This document shows, one piece after another, positions 1 to 7,026 of a stretch of DNA of 64,000 bases. The notes beneath the pieces are model-generated. The model was not told where the DNA came from and searched no databases. It worked only from the letters and a program-made list of their open reading frames with translations. Each line of letters opens with the position of its first letter. Position 1 is the stretch's first letter. The position numbers and the translations under genes are program-made. Source of the DNA: a virus (lineage: Duplodnaviria > Caudoviricetes). Location of the stretch: IMG/VR virus record IMGVR_UViG_3300037851_000141, positions 192,001 through 256,000 of that record; one strand, 5' to 3'.

Positions 1-456
1 GCGAACGAACATAAAATCAACTATACAAGAATGGGTGAACCGTTTCTTAATATTGAAGCTGTTCGTAAAGCGATTGAGATAATTGATCAACGATATCCAA
101 ATACTCACCATTATGTCAGCACTATCGGAATTGCTGGTGCTGATTATTCGTGGATCAAAGATAACATCACTTTACAACTGAGTTTACATAGCCTTGATGA
201 CGCTCGTAGAAATGACCTAATTCCATATAAGAACAAAGTTAGTGTTGAAGAGTTAGGCAAGATCAGAACCAAGAGTCATTTGAAGACTACAATCAATCTG
301 ACTCTCGTTGATGAAGCAGATTTTGATATTGATATTATTAAGAAATATTTTGATCCAGAGTATTTCTTTATCAAGTTATCGCCTATTAACAAAAACGACA
401 TTTCAATTGCTAATGGGCTTGGTGACGGTATAATCAAAGCAACAAACCTGAAGTAA
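1..456 (+). CDS. RlmN/Cfr-like radical SAM RNA methyltransferase, 5'-truncated by window edge; lacks the C-terminal AACGQL segment
   Basis: Frame open from base 1. INYTRMGEPFLN matches the RlmN MGEP motif; YVSTIG and LQLSLHSLDDARRNDLIP match RlmN core motifs. Confidence 0.8.
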   Translation, partial: ANEHKINYTRMGEPFLNIEAVRKAIEIIDQRYPNTHHYVSTIGIAGADYSWIKDNITLQLSLHSLDDARRNDLIPYKNKVSVEELGKIRTKSHLKTTINLTLVDEADFDIDIIKKYFDPEYFFIKLSPINKNDISIANGLGDGIIKATNLK

Positions 457-466
457 GGAGCCTACC

Positions 467-604
467 ATGGACACTCAAACCATCCAAGAACAACTCACTC
501 AAGCCGGCTATGATAATGCGATTGCCTGTGCTACTGAAGCTGAAATCAATGCTAAAGCGGCTTGCGGGCAATTGGCTATCATTACCGAGGCTGATGCGCA
601 ATAA
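467..604 (+). CDS. 45-aa peptide carrying the RlmN-type C-terminal AACGQL motif (not in ORF track)
   Basis: AGGAG RBS at 456-460, ATG 467, TAA 602-604. MDTQTIQEQLTQAGYDNAIACATEAEINAKAACGQLAIITEADAQ. Confidence 0.8.
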   Translation: MDTQTIQEQLTQAGYDNAIACATEAEINAKAACGQLAIITEADAQ

Positions 605-608
605 AATA

Positions 609-616
609 TATAAATA
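609..616 (+). promoter_or_regulatory. T4-like late promoter TATAAATA (representative; recurs at 1985, 3566, 5909, 25424, 54830, 56852 on + and 8540, 15736, 30767, 35954, 38919, 40744, 48475 on -)
   Basis: Exact octamer repeatedly found shortly upstream of start codons; identical to the T4 gp55 late consensus. Confidence 0.7.
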
Positions 617-638
617 GTGGGTATAAGGTAAAACAATT

Positions 639-1979
639 ATGCCCACTTTTTCGATAAAACACATTCTGGATGAAGCATTTGGTCGTACTGTTGATGACTT
701 AAATGCTAAACTTGTTCAATTAGCTAAAACCTGGGGTGGTAAAGTATATATTGTTGGTGGTGCCGTTCGTGATGAATTGATGGGCATTAAACCTAAAGAT
801 ATTGATTACCTTGTCACTAAAATTGAATCATCTGATCTTGCTAAAAAACTACAAAATATTCTTCCTGGTGCCAAGGTAAATGAAGTAGGTAAATCTTTTG
901 GTATCATAAAACTTGTTGTTGGTGATGATGAATATGATTTTGCTATTCCAAGAGCCGATGTTGATAGAGATAATGTAAAAACTGATCCAAATATCCCGGT
1001 TGAACAAGATTTATTGAGAAGAGACATAACAATAAATTCTATGGCTAAGGATGTTGAAACTGGAGAAATAATATCTGCTTTTGGTGAAGATGGCGTTGCT
1101 GATGTTAAGAATAAGATAATAAAAGCAACAGGCGACCCAAAACAGAGATTTAAGGAAGATCCGTTAAGGATGTTAAGGTGTATACAATTTTCTGCTCGTT
1201 TTGGATTTGATATTGAACCAAACACATTTAAAGCAATTCAAGAACTTAAAGATGATTTCAATCAATTATCAGTAGAACGATTTAGAGACGAATTCTATAA
1301 AGGTTGGACTAAAGGTAATAAAGACACCACGAAATTCTTACAACTATTAGTGGATACTGGTGTAGGTAATCTCTTATTTGGTTCAGATTTTAAGCCTATT
1401 GCCATTGATATAAAGAATAAAGATCCAGAGTCAGCATTCAATGCGCAATATATAGCAATGTTCCTTAATGGCGGCGACCCAACCAGATTAAGCAACTTTA
1501 ACTATGATCATGATTTGATTTTTGTTGCTCGACTCTTAAAATCTTTTATTGATAATGGTATTGATTGGAATGAATTGAAAAAGTTATATAAACATGGAGA
1601 TTTATTCCCAATTATTGCTGAAGCTTTTTATCTTATTGATCCTAAATTGGGTGATAAACTAAAGAGTATGTTATCAAAACCTCTTATACAACGGTTAAAT
1701 AAATCTCGTTGGAATATATGGGAGTTGCCGATTCAAGGTGGAGAAATACTTGAAATAATGGGTGGTAAAATACAAAATAAATCAATACCAGTTGTTATAC
1801 AGAAACTCATAAAAGCCTATCAAAATGGAGAAATAGCAATAAATCCAGATAATGAAGATGAATCTAAAGAACTTGCTAAAAAATATATATCAACTGTACT
1901 GGTAAACGATAAAGATATAAAAGAATCAGATCGTCTTGGTATATTTGAATCAAGAATCTTCAACATTTTCAACCGATAA
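639..1979 (+). CDS. cca: CCA-adding tRNA nucleotidyltransferase (class II)
   Basis: VYIVGGAVRD..KDIDY (DxD), DLLRRDITINSMA, RFKEDPLRMLRCIQFSARFGF. Confidence 0.9.
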   Translation: MPTFSIKHILDEAFGRTVDDLNAKLVQLAKTWGGKVYIVGGAVRDELMGIKPKDIDYLVTKIESSDLAKKLQNILPGAKVNEVGKSFGIIKLVVGDDEYDFAIPRADVDRDNVKTDPNIPVEQDLLRRDITINSMAKDVETGEIISAFGEDGVADVKNKIIKATGDPKQRFKEDPLRMLRCIQFSARFGFDIEPNTFKAIQELKDDFNQLSVERFRDEFYKGWTKGNKDTTKFLQLLVDTGVGNLLFGSDFKPIAIDIKNKDPESAFNAQYIAMFLNGGDPTRLSNFNYDHDLIFVARLLKSFIDNGIDWNELKKLYKHGDLFPIIAEAFYLIDPKLGDKLKSMLSKPLIQRLNKSRWNIWELPIQGGEILEIMGGKIQNKSIPVVIQKLIKAYQNGEIAINPDNEDESKELAKKYISTVLVNDKDIKESDRLGIFESRIFNIFNR

Positions 1980-2012
1980 AAGAATATAAATACAATACGA
2001 GGAACTTATATT

Positions 2013-2747
2013 ATGGCTAAACTATCTCATCTCCTTGAATCATTCTTTAAGTCAGACACAACATCATTTGAGAAACATAAAAAAAGTCAAGAAGACGTTG
2101 AACGTATCCAATCATATGTTCAAGGATTAAAGAACTTCTACCTTGCCCTAAATGGTAAAAAGATAGAAGTTATTAAAGAGTCATTCGCATCTCTACTTCC
2201 TATATTTGAGTCATATAAGTCTGATAAACTGTTTGCTATTGAAAAAGATATTGCTGTTAAACTCAATGATGCTAAAGATGAAACTGTTATTGCTGATATT
2301 ATGAAGATGTTTGGTCAAATAAAAGAGGTATTAGTTGAAAATAAGGCTCCAGAAGCAGTTATCAATGAGATTTCTGTTGACACCACTGGAACACCCGATA
2401 GAATAGAATCACCAAAAGACATACCAGCAGAACCCGCCAAAACTATAACTCCAGAAACTCCGGTTGTAGCTGATGGAACAGCCGAACCTACACCAGAACA
2501 AAAACAATCAGCAATTGAGGATGGTTTTAATGAGGGTCGAAAGTGGTATCGTGAAAACTTTGATAAGCCAGAAGCTAATGCCAAATCTCACGTTAACCAA
2601 CTTGCCGAAACTGTACATGCTGAACGGCCTTATAAGTGGGTTACGAACTATATGTCTGGATTTAATCAAGGTTGTAAGTTCGAAGAAACCATCCAACGTG
2701 ATCTTAATCCAGATAAGTTTCCAAAAGAAGATGCTCAACAAGCCTAA
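2013..2747 (+). CDS. Hypothetical protein, probably virion-associated
   Basis: 244-aa ORF with late promoter at 1985-1992 and GAGG RBS. Confidence 0.7.
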   Translation: MAKLSHLLESFFKSDTTSFEKHKKSQEDVERIQSYVQGLKNFYLALNGKKIEVIKESFASLLPIFESYKSDKLFAIEKDIAVKLNDAKDETVIADIMKMFGQIKEVLVENKAPEAVINEISVDTTGTPDRIESPKDIPAEPAKTITPETPVVADGTAEPTPEQKQSAIEDGFNEGRKWYRENFDKPEANAKSHVNQLAETVHAERPYKWVTNYMSGFNQGCKFEETIQRDLNPDKFPKEDAQQA

Positions 2748-2988
2748 ACCTCTTGAAAATGTTGCCGTCCATCATATAATTTATTTGTATGTTCCATTTA
2801 AGTTATTTAATGTCAAAATTCCATTTATAAAAAAGAAACAAAGATTTTTCTTATGTACAACTTACACTGGATTAAAGCTAATGGATGATAATGCTTATAT
2901 TGTCTCCGACCCACATATATTAAATTTGCCAGAAATCGCAGCATTATGGCAAAAATATAAGAATCATTATTTGTTCTTGAATCAATAA
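2731..2988 (+). CDS. Hypothetical protein (start moved from 2473)
   Basis: The 5' part of the track ORF overlaps the previous gene; ATG 2731 gives a typical short overlap. Confidence 0.5.
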   Translation: MLNKPKPLENVAVHHIIYLYVPFKLFNVKIPFIKKKQRFFLCTTYTGLKLMDDNAYIVSDPHILNLPEIAALWQKYKNHYLFLNQ

Positions 2989-3004
2989 AAAACCATGTTA
3001 TAAT
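2977..3004 (+). promoter_or_regulatory. Sigma70-type early promoter for infC
   Basis: TTGAAT (2977-2982), 16-nt spacer, TATAAT (2999-3004). Confidence 0.55.
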
Positions 3005-3037
3005 ATCAACCTCAACAAAAGGAGTTAATTCTCTCAT

Positions 3038-3565
3038 ATGGTCCCTTTTCAACAACCTGATCAAAAACAGGCTATGATTAATGAACGAATCTCAGCCAGA
3101 GAAGTCTTATTAATCTCTTCAACCGGCGAGAAGCTTGGAATAATAAATACCAAGGAAGCACTACAAAAAGCAAAAAATGATGGTTTAGATTTGGTTCTTG
3201 TAGCCGAAACATCTAAGCCACCAGTTTGTAAAATAATGGATTATAACAAACTTATTTACGAACAAAAGAAACGCGAAAAGAAAAATGAATCACATGGTAA
3301 AGTCGAGATAAAAGAACTCCGTTTCGGCATCTGTATTCAAGACCATGATCTACAAATTAAGGCTAAACAAGCAAAAGAATTCTTGGAAAAGGGTTGGAGA
3401 GTCAAGTTATCAGTTCAATTCTCTGGTCGCGAAAAACAACATCCCGAATTAGGTATTGATGTCCTAAATCGTTTTATCAAGTTTGTTGGCGAAGATAAAT
3501 CAAAATTCGAGAACCAACCAAGACTTGAGGGACGATACATGAATACATACTTGCTCAAAAAATAA
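3038..3565 (+). CDS. infC: Translation initiation factor IF-3
   Basis: INERISAREVLLI, LDLVLVAETSKPPVCKIMDY, KELRFG..HDLQIKAKQAKEFLEKG..VKLSVQFSGRE, PRLEGRYM. Confidence 0.95.
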   Translation: MVPFQQPDQKQAMINERISAREVLLISSTGEKLGIINTKEALQKAKNDGLDLVLVAETSKPPVCKIMDYNKLIYEQKKREKKNESHGKVEIKELRFGICIQDHDLQIKAKQAKEFLEKGWRVKLSVQFSGREKQHPELGIDVLNRFIKFVGEDKSKFENQPRLEGRYMNTYLLKK

Positions 3566-3593
3566 TATAAATAAGGTAATATAGGAGCAAGTT

Positions 3594-4100
3594 ATGACAT
3601 TCAAAGACACATTAAAGAAAAAATTGGAAGAAACTGTTGGTTATGGTGTTCAATTCCCCGGTCAAATGCCTATACAAATGATAGATTTCCCTTCCCAACA
3701 ACCAGAAGTAAATGGAATTGAACCAAAAATAACCTCTGGTGAAACAACTCCATTTGGACAACCAAGACAAGATAAGGCTATGGAAGTAAATCAACCACAA
3801 GCTGATACCGCTGTCATTGATGAAGTTGGAAATCTCTTGCTCACTATTGGTTTTATCCTTAACAATGCTGGCTTAATTTCAGATCGTTTTAATGCTGGTG
3901 AAATTCTTGATTTTGTTAACCATAATTTCGAACAACCTATGGCTCCAACTGAACAAAATCCTCTAAGTCCTGTAAATGGTGGATGTTGTGGCGGCGCGCA
4001 TAGTTGTGGATCAGAATGTTCTTGCGTTTCTCAAAATCCTGGTTATACTTATCTTCAGGAGAAACGCAAACTATTTGAGTCAAGGCACCGACCCAAATAA
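3594..4100 (+). CDS. Hypothetical late protein with Cys-rich C-terminal patch
   Basis: TATAAATA at 3566, AGGAG RBS, GGCCGGAHSCGSECSC. Confidence 0.65.
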   Translation: MTFKDTLKKKLEETVGYGVQFPGQMPIQMIDFPSQQPEVNGIEPKITSGETTPFGQPRQDKAMEVNQPQADTAVIDEVGNLLLTIGFILNNAGLISDRFNAGEILDFVNHNFEQPMAPTEQNPLSPVNGGCCGGAHSCGSECSCVSQNPGYTYLQEKRKLFESRHRPK

Positions 4101-4123
4101 GTAATAGATAAGGCCAAAGACTT

Positions 4124-4825
4124 ATGAATAACATTAAACAACAATCTTCTGATATTATTTTAGAAGGCTATTGGAAATATGGTTGGGTTATTCCAGTTAG
4201 TCTTTTTGTTTTTTGTATTATCTTTATGATTTTACGTAGAATTGATACTGATACTGATCAACGTATTTTATCCCAAACAATTATAGCTGCCGCACCTTCG
4301 CAAGACGATAAACAGTTGATGGTGCGGTTTGAAGATATTGATATTAAACCTGAAGATAAACAAGTAATAATGAACGATCCACCAGTTTTTATCAATTATG
4401 GTGGTAAAATATATAAAGAACTTGAAAATGGACTATATGAAGATAAAGATGGTGGATTGTGGCGAAAAATAAAGGTTTCTACCACAGCATATACTTGGAT
4501 TGATGATGGATTTGATTCAAGTATTGGTGCGGGCGATGGGGTCACTTCTATTGGTAAATGCGCAATTAAAACCTATGGAATTGCCGCTGATCCTAAAGCA
4601 ATTCCCTATGGGTCAACTGTTCATGTAGCTGGTTATGGCGTTTACAAGGTTGATGATACTGGTGGAGCTATGCGAAAATCATATAAAAAAGGTGAAATAC
4701 GTCTTGACCTTAGAATTCCTCAAAAAGCTTCAAATGGTCAATGGAGAAGTATATCAACCTGTCGTAATATAGCTAAAAGACATGGATATCAGCAAGACCG
4801 AGAAGTTCTGTTGAAAATTCGTTAA
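4124..4825 (+). CDS. Membrane-anchored 3D (Asp-Asp-Asp) domain protein, putative peptidoglycan lytic enzyme
   Basis: N-terminal TM helix; STTAYT..GDGVTSIG..IAADPKAIPYGS..VDDTGGAM..RLDL. Confidence 0.8.
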   Translation: MNNIKQQSSDIILEGYWKYGWVIPVSLFVFCIIFMILRRIDTDTDQRILSQTIIAAAPSQDDKQLMVRFEDIDIKPEDKQVIMNDPPVFINYGGKIYKELENGLYEDKDGGLWRKIKVSTTAYTWIDDGFDSSIGAGDGVTSIGKCAIKTYGIAADPKAIPYGSTVHVAGYGVYKVDDTGGAMRKSYKKGEIRLDLRIPQKASNGQWRSISTCRNIAKRHGYQQDREVLLKIR

Positions 4826-4930
4826 GACAAGATATAATTACTATTAGTTAATTTACATCATGAAGCATATCCGCCTTGGTGACTTTAATTCCCGTTGGCT
4901 AGTCATCCCAACTAAAAGAAAGGAAGGAAC

Positions 4931-5722
4931 ATGGACATGCACTTTCAATCCGTAGTCGTAACTCTCGTTGGAGCCGACAATAAACCCTTTAGGGAATATG
5001 ATCCACACCAAGTAGAAAATGGCAGACGTTGTAATCTGATTATGCCATTTGATACTGAATATAAGGTTTTCGTTAAGAATCTCGCAGACCGTAGAATTAA
5101 ACTTGATATTGAAGTTGATGGAACTAATGTATCAGGTAAAGGTCTTATTATTGGTTCTAAAGAAAATGCCTATATTGAACGATTTGTTGATGCGGCTCGT
5201 AAATTCAAGTTTGTAAAGGCTCAAGGTGCTGGCGCAAACCCAAATGTAGCCGATCCAACAAGTCCTGAAAATGGTATAGTGAAAATCCGAGTAGCCAAAG
5301 AGAAACAAGCTACATTAAATTGGAATTATTATTACAATCAGCCTTCAATATGGACTTCCCCAATAAATCCATATCCACTAAATCCAGAAATTATTTGTTA
5401 TGGGTCACAGTCAAATCCGACAGGAACACCAATATCATGTTCATATAAAGGTGGTGCTGGAGATAATATAAAACGAGGGTTCAGCACCAAATCAATGAGT
5501 TTTAGTAGTTTGGCATCTGCTGAGACACAACCAAAGACTGATGTTGGTGCTACTGTAGAAGGTAATAATAGTGGTCAATCTTTCGGCACAACTTACTGGA
5601 ATGGTGATGACGGAGATTCAATGGTATTTACGTTTTATGTTCGTGGCGTCGAGAATGGAATAACACCAGAAGAACAACGTCAATATGAAGAATACCTGCG
5701 TCTCAAAGAAAAATTTGGTTGA
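4931..5722 (+). CDS. Hypothetical protein
   Basis: 263-aa ORF with AAGGAAGG RBS; no recognisable catalytic motif. Confidence 0.7.
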   Translation: MDMHFQSVVVTLVGADNKPFREYDPHQVENGRRCNLIMPFDTEYKVFVKNLADRRIKLDIEVDGTNVSGKGLIIGSKENAYIERFVDAARKFKFVKAQGAGANPNVADPTSPENGIVKIRVAKEKQATLNWNYYYNQPSIWTSPINPYPLNPEIICYGSQSNPTGTPISCSYKGGAGDNIKRGFSTKSMSFSSLASAETQPKTDVGATVEGNNSGQSFGTTYWNGDDGDSMVFTFYVRGVENGITPEEQRQYEEYLRLKEKFG

Positions 5723-5746
5723 CAAATAGAAAAATGTTGGTAAAAT
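5719..5746 (+). promoter_or_regulatory. Sigma70-type promoter upstream of tRNA cluster
   Basis: TTGACA (5719-5724), 16-nt spacer, TAAAAT (5741-5746). Confidence 0.6.
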
Positions 5747-5790
5747 AGGGGCGTATCAGATATAAATCACTTGGTACGCCTCTTTTACAT

Positions 5791-5907
5791 GCTGGTTTAG
5801 CTCAGGGGTAGAGCAGTTGTTTTGCTGGAATATAGGAAAGCAAGACGGTTCGAGTCCGTCATTCTGGAATAAACAACAGGTCGGGGGTTCAAATCCCTCA
5901 ACCAGCA
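5791..5907 (+). tRNA. tRNA-Thr(UGU) with 45-nt insertion (5825-5869) inside the anticodon; no encoded CCA
   Basis: Acceptor GCTGGTT/AACCAGC+A, D-arm GCTC/GAGC, anticodon stem GTTGT/ACAAC, T-arm GGGGG-TTCAAAT-CCCTC. Removing the insert gives loop TT-TGT-AA. Confidence 0.85.
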
Positions 5908-5921
5908 TTATAAATAATACT

Positions 5922-6260
5922 ATGAACATAAACCATATCTTTGACAACTTTATAGAAACTGGAAAAATGAGTGTTGATGATGCTAAATTGTTTCTTGACC
6001 AAATCTTAGAGTTCACCAAAGGTCAAGAATTTACAAGTGTCATTGATGTTTATTCTTTTTTAGTTGAACATGGTTTGGTTGAAGATAAACTAAAATTCCA
6101 TGAGCCAACTAAAAGAATGTATCTTGATTCGTCTAAAGCACATAAGGTAATAAGATTCTTTAAGTCATTGGATCTTATTGAATATACAGACGAAGATTTT
6201 GAGGACTTCAAGAAAAAAGTACTTGACTCTGAAACATCTCTTGGTAAAATACTACCATGA
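5922..6260 (+). CDS. Hypothetical protein (true start 5922; the longer track ORF runs through the tRNA)
   Basis: TATAAATA at 5909-5916 immediately upstream of ATG. Confidence 0.65.
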   Translation: MNINHIFDNFIETGKMSVDDAKLFLDQILEFTKGQEFTSVIDVYSFLVEHGLVEDKLKFHEPTKRMYLDSSKAHKVIRFFKSLDLIEYTDEDFEDFKKKVLDSETSLGKILP

Positions 6261-6351
6261 GACATAAACATGAGTCAAATCATCTTTTATCTATCTGAGT
6301 GCGGACCCTAAACAGGTCGTTGGCACACGAATTGACAAGTATATATCGTAC

Positions 6352-6426
6352 TGCGGGATGGTGTAACGGTTAGCATAGCGGCCTCATAAGCCGCAGATTT
6401 AGGTTCAAATCCTGATCCCGCCACCA
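6352..6426 (+). tRNA. tRNA-Met(CAU), initiator-like
   Basis: TGCGGGA/TCCCGCC with 1:72 mismatch, GCGGC-CTCATAA-GCCGC, TTCAAAT T-loop, encoded ACCA. Confidence 0.9.
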
Positions 6427-6428
6427 AT

Positions 6429-6490
6429 AATCCGAATGCTGATAAGATTACATATCATTAAAAACCAATCTTATCAAATTTTGTCGGATT
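6429..6490 (+). ncRNA. Structured repeat element copy 1 (CGA-ATGC...TACAT...TTTTG-TCG scaffold)
   Basis: AATCCGA/TCGGATT outer stem, TGATAAGATT/AATCTTATCA inner stem. Confidence 0.65.
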
Positions 6491-6503
6491 TTATTTCTGA
6501 GTT

Positions 6504-6575
6504 AATACCGAATGCTTGTTGAGAGTACATTTCCTTGTAAGAAACCAACCCCTCTCAACCACTTTTGTCGGTATT
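6504..6575 (+). ncRNA. Structured repeat element copy 2
   Basis: AATACCGA/TCGGTATT, GTTGAGAG/CTCTCAAC; apical TTTC-CTTGTAA-GAAA hairpin. Confidence 0.65.
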
Positions 6576-6583
6576 TTTCTTTA

Positions 6584-6694
6584 TGAGGGTTCGAATTCAA
6601 GTTGCTGGTGGAATTCCCACGACCTACCTACCAGTAGTAAAGAGCTTGATAGTAGAATAGCTAAGCGCGGCCAGTCGTGACCTCAAAACTGGCG
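6584..6694 (+). ncRNA. Unassigned structured RNA candidate
   Basis: Manual stems TCAAGTT/AGCTTGA, GCTGGTGG/CTACCAGT, GCCAGT/ACTGGC; possible long-range TGAGG/CCTCA. Confidence 0.35.
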
Positions 6695-6698
6695 TTAC

Positions 6699-6776
6699 GC
6701 TCTCATCGTCTAGCCCGGTTAGGACATTTGGTTTTCATCCAAAAAACGTGGAGTTCAAATCTCCCTGAGAGTACCA
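6699..6776 (+). tRNA. tRNA-Glu(UUC)
   Basis: GCTCTCA/TGAGAGT, TTTGG-TTTTCAT-CCAAA, TTCAAAT T-loop, encoded ACCA. Confidence 0.9.
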
Positions 6777-6778
6777 AT

Positions 6779-6841
6779 GAAGCGAATGCAGATAAGATTA
6801 CATTCTGGAAAAAATAAAATCTTATCAAATTTTGTCGCTTC
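6779..6841 (+). ncRNA. Structured repeat element copy 3
   Basis: GAAGCGA/TCGCTTC, GATAAGATT/AATCTTATC. Confidence 0.65.
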
Positions 6842-6847
6842 TTATAT

Positions 6848-6953
6848 GCTGCGTTGACAGATCGGTTATGTGCTAGCCTTCCCGAGAAAAGGAGCCTAAA
6901 GCTTTAATTCTCGACCAAAGCTAGAAAGGCGGGTTCGATTCCCGCACGCGGCT
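6848..6953 (+). tRNA. tRNA-Gly(UCC) with 35-nt insertion (6883-6917) after the anticodon; no encoded CCA
   Basis: GCTGCGT/ACGCGGC+U73, anticodon stem CTAGC/GCTAG, GCGGG-TTCGATT-CCCGC. Removing the insert gives CT-TCC-AA. Confidence 0.85.
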
Positions 6954-7026
6954 TAGATAGTTTAGTGTGGTGTTTTTTGAGAAATAAGAACGATTGGCTG
7001 GTCGGAAGCTACCAAGAGTTAGTGAT

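Noticed and set aside
4878-4912. Pseudoknot/riboswitch before the 4931 RBS (GGTGACT/AGTCATC and GTTGG/CCAAC)
   Set aside because: The two 3' strands are adjacent (zero-length loop 3), so an H-type knot is sterically implausible; no convincing riboswitch consensus.
5825-5871. Thr insert as a simple target-site-duplication scar (CTGGAATA direct repeat)
   Set aside because: Deleting one repeat plus the intervening sequence leaves a 13-nt loop; only removal of the whole 45 nt restores a 7-nt anticodon loop.
5756-6019. Track ORFs overlapping tRNA-Thr (5756-6019 minus; 5' part of 5817-6260)
   Set aside because: Shadow frames of the tRNA; a real start with late promoter is at 5922.
6332-6337. TTGACA promoter before tRNA-Met
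   Set aside because: No -10 box at a usable spacing.
6429-6841. Mini-CRISPR array next to a Cas12f/TnpB-like gene
   Set aside because: Copies are non-identical, covarying hairpins separated by tRNAs, not identical repeats with regular spacers; no cas1/cas2 in the window.
6848-6953. UGA-suppressor tRNA / alternative genetic code
   Set aside because: A UCA anticodon needs a shifted boundary. The body fits Gly(UCC), and TGA and TAG are used as normal stops (many ATGA overlaps, full-length enzymes).
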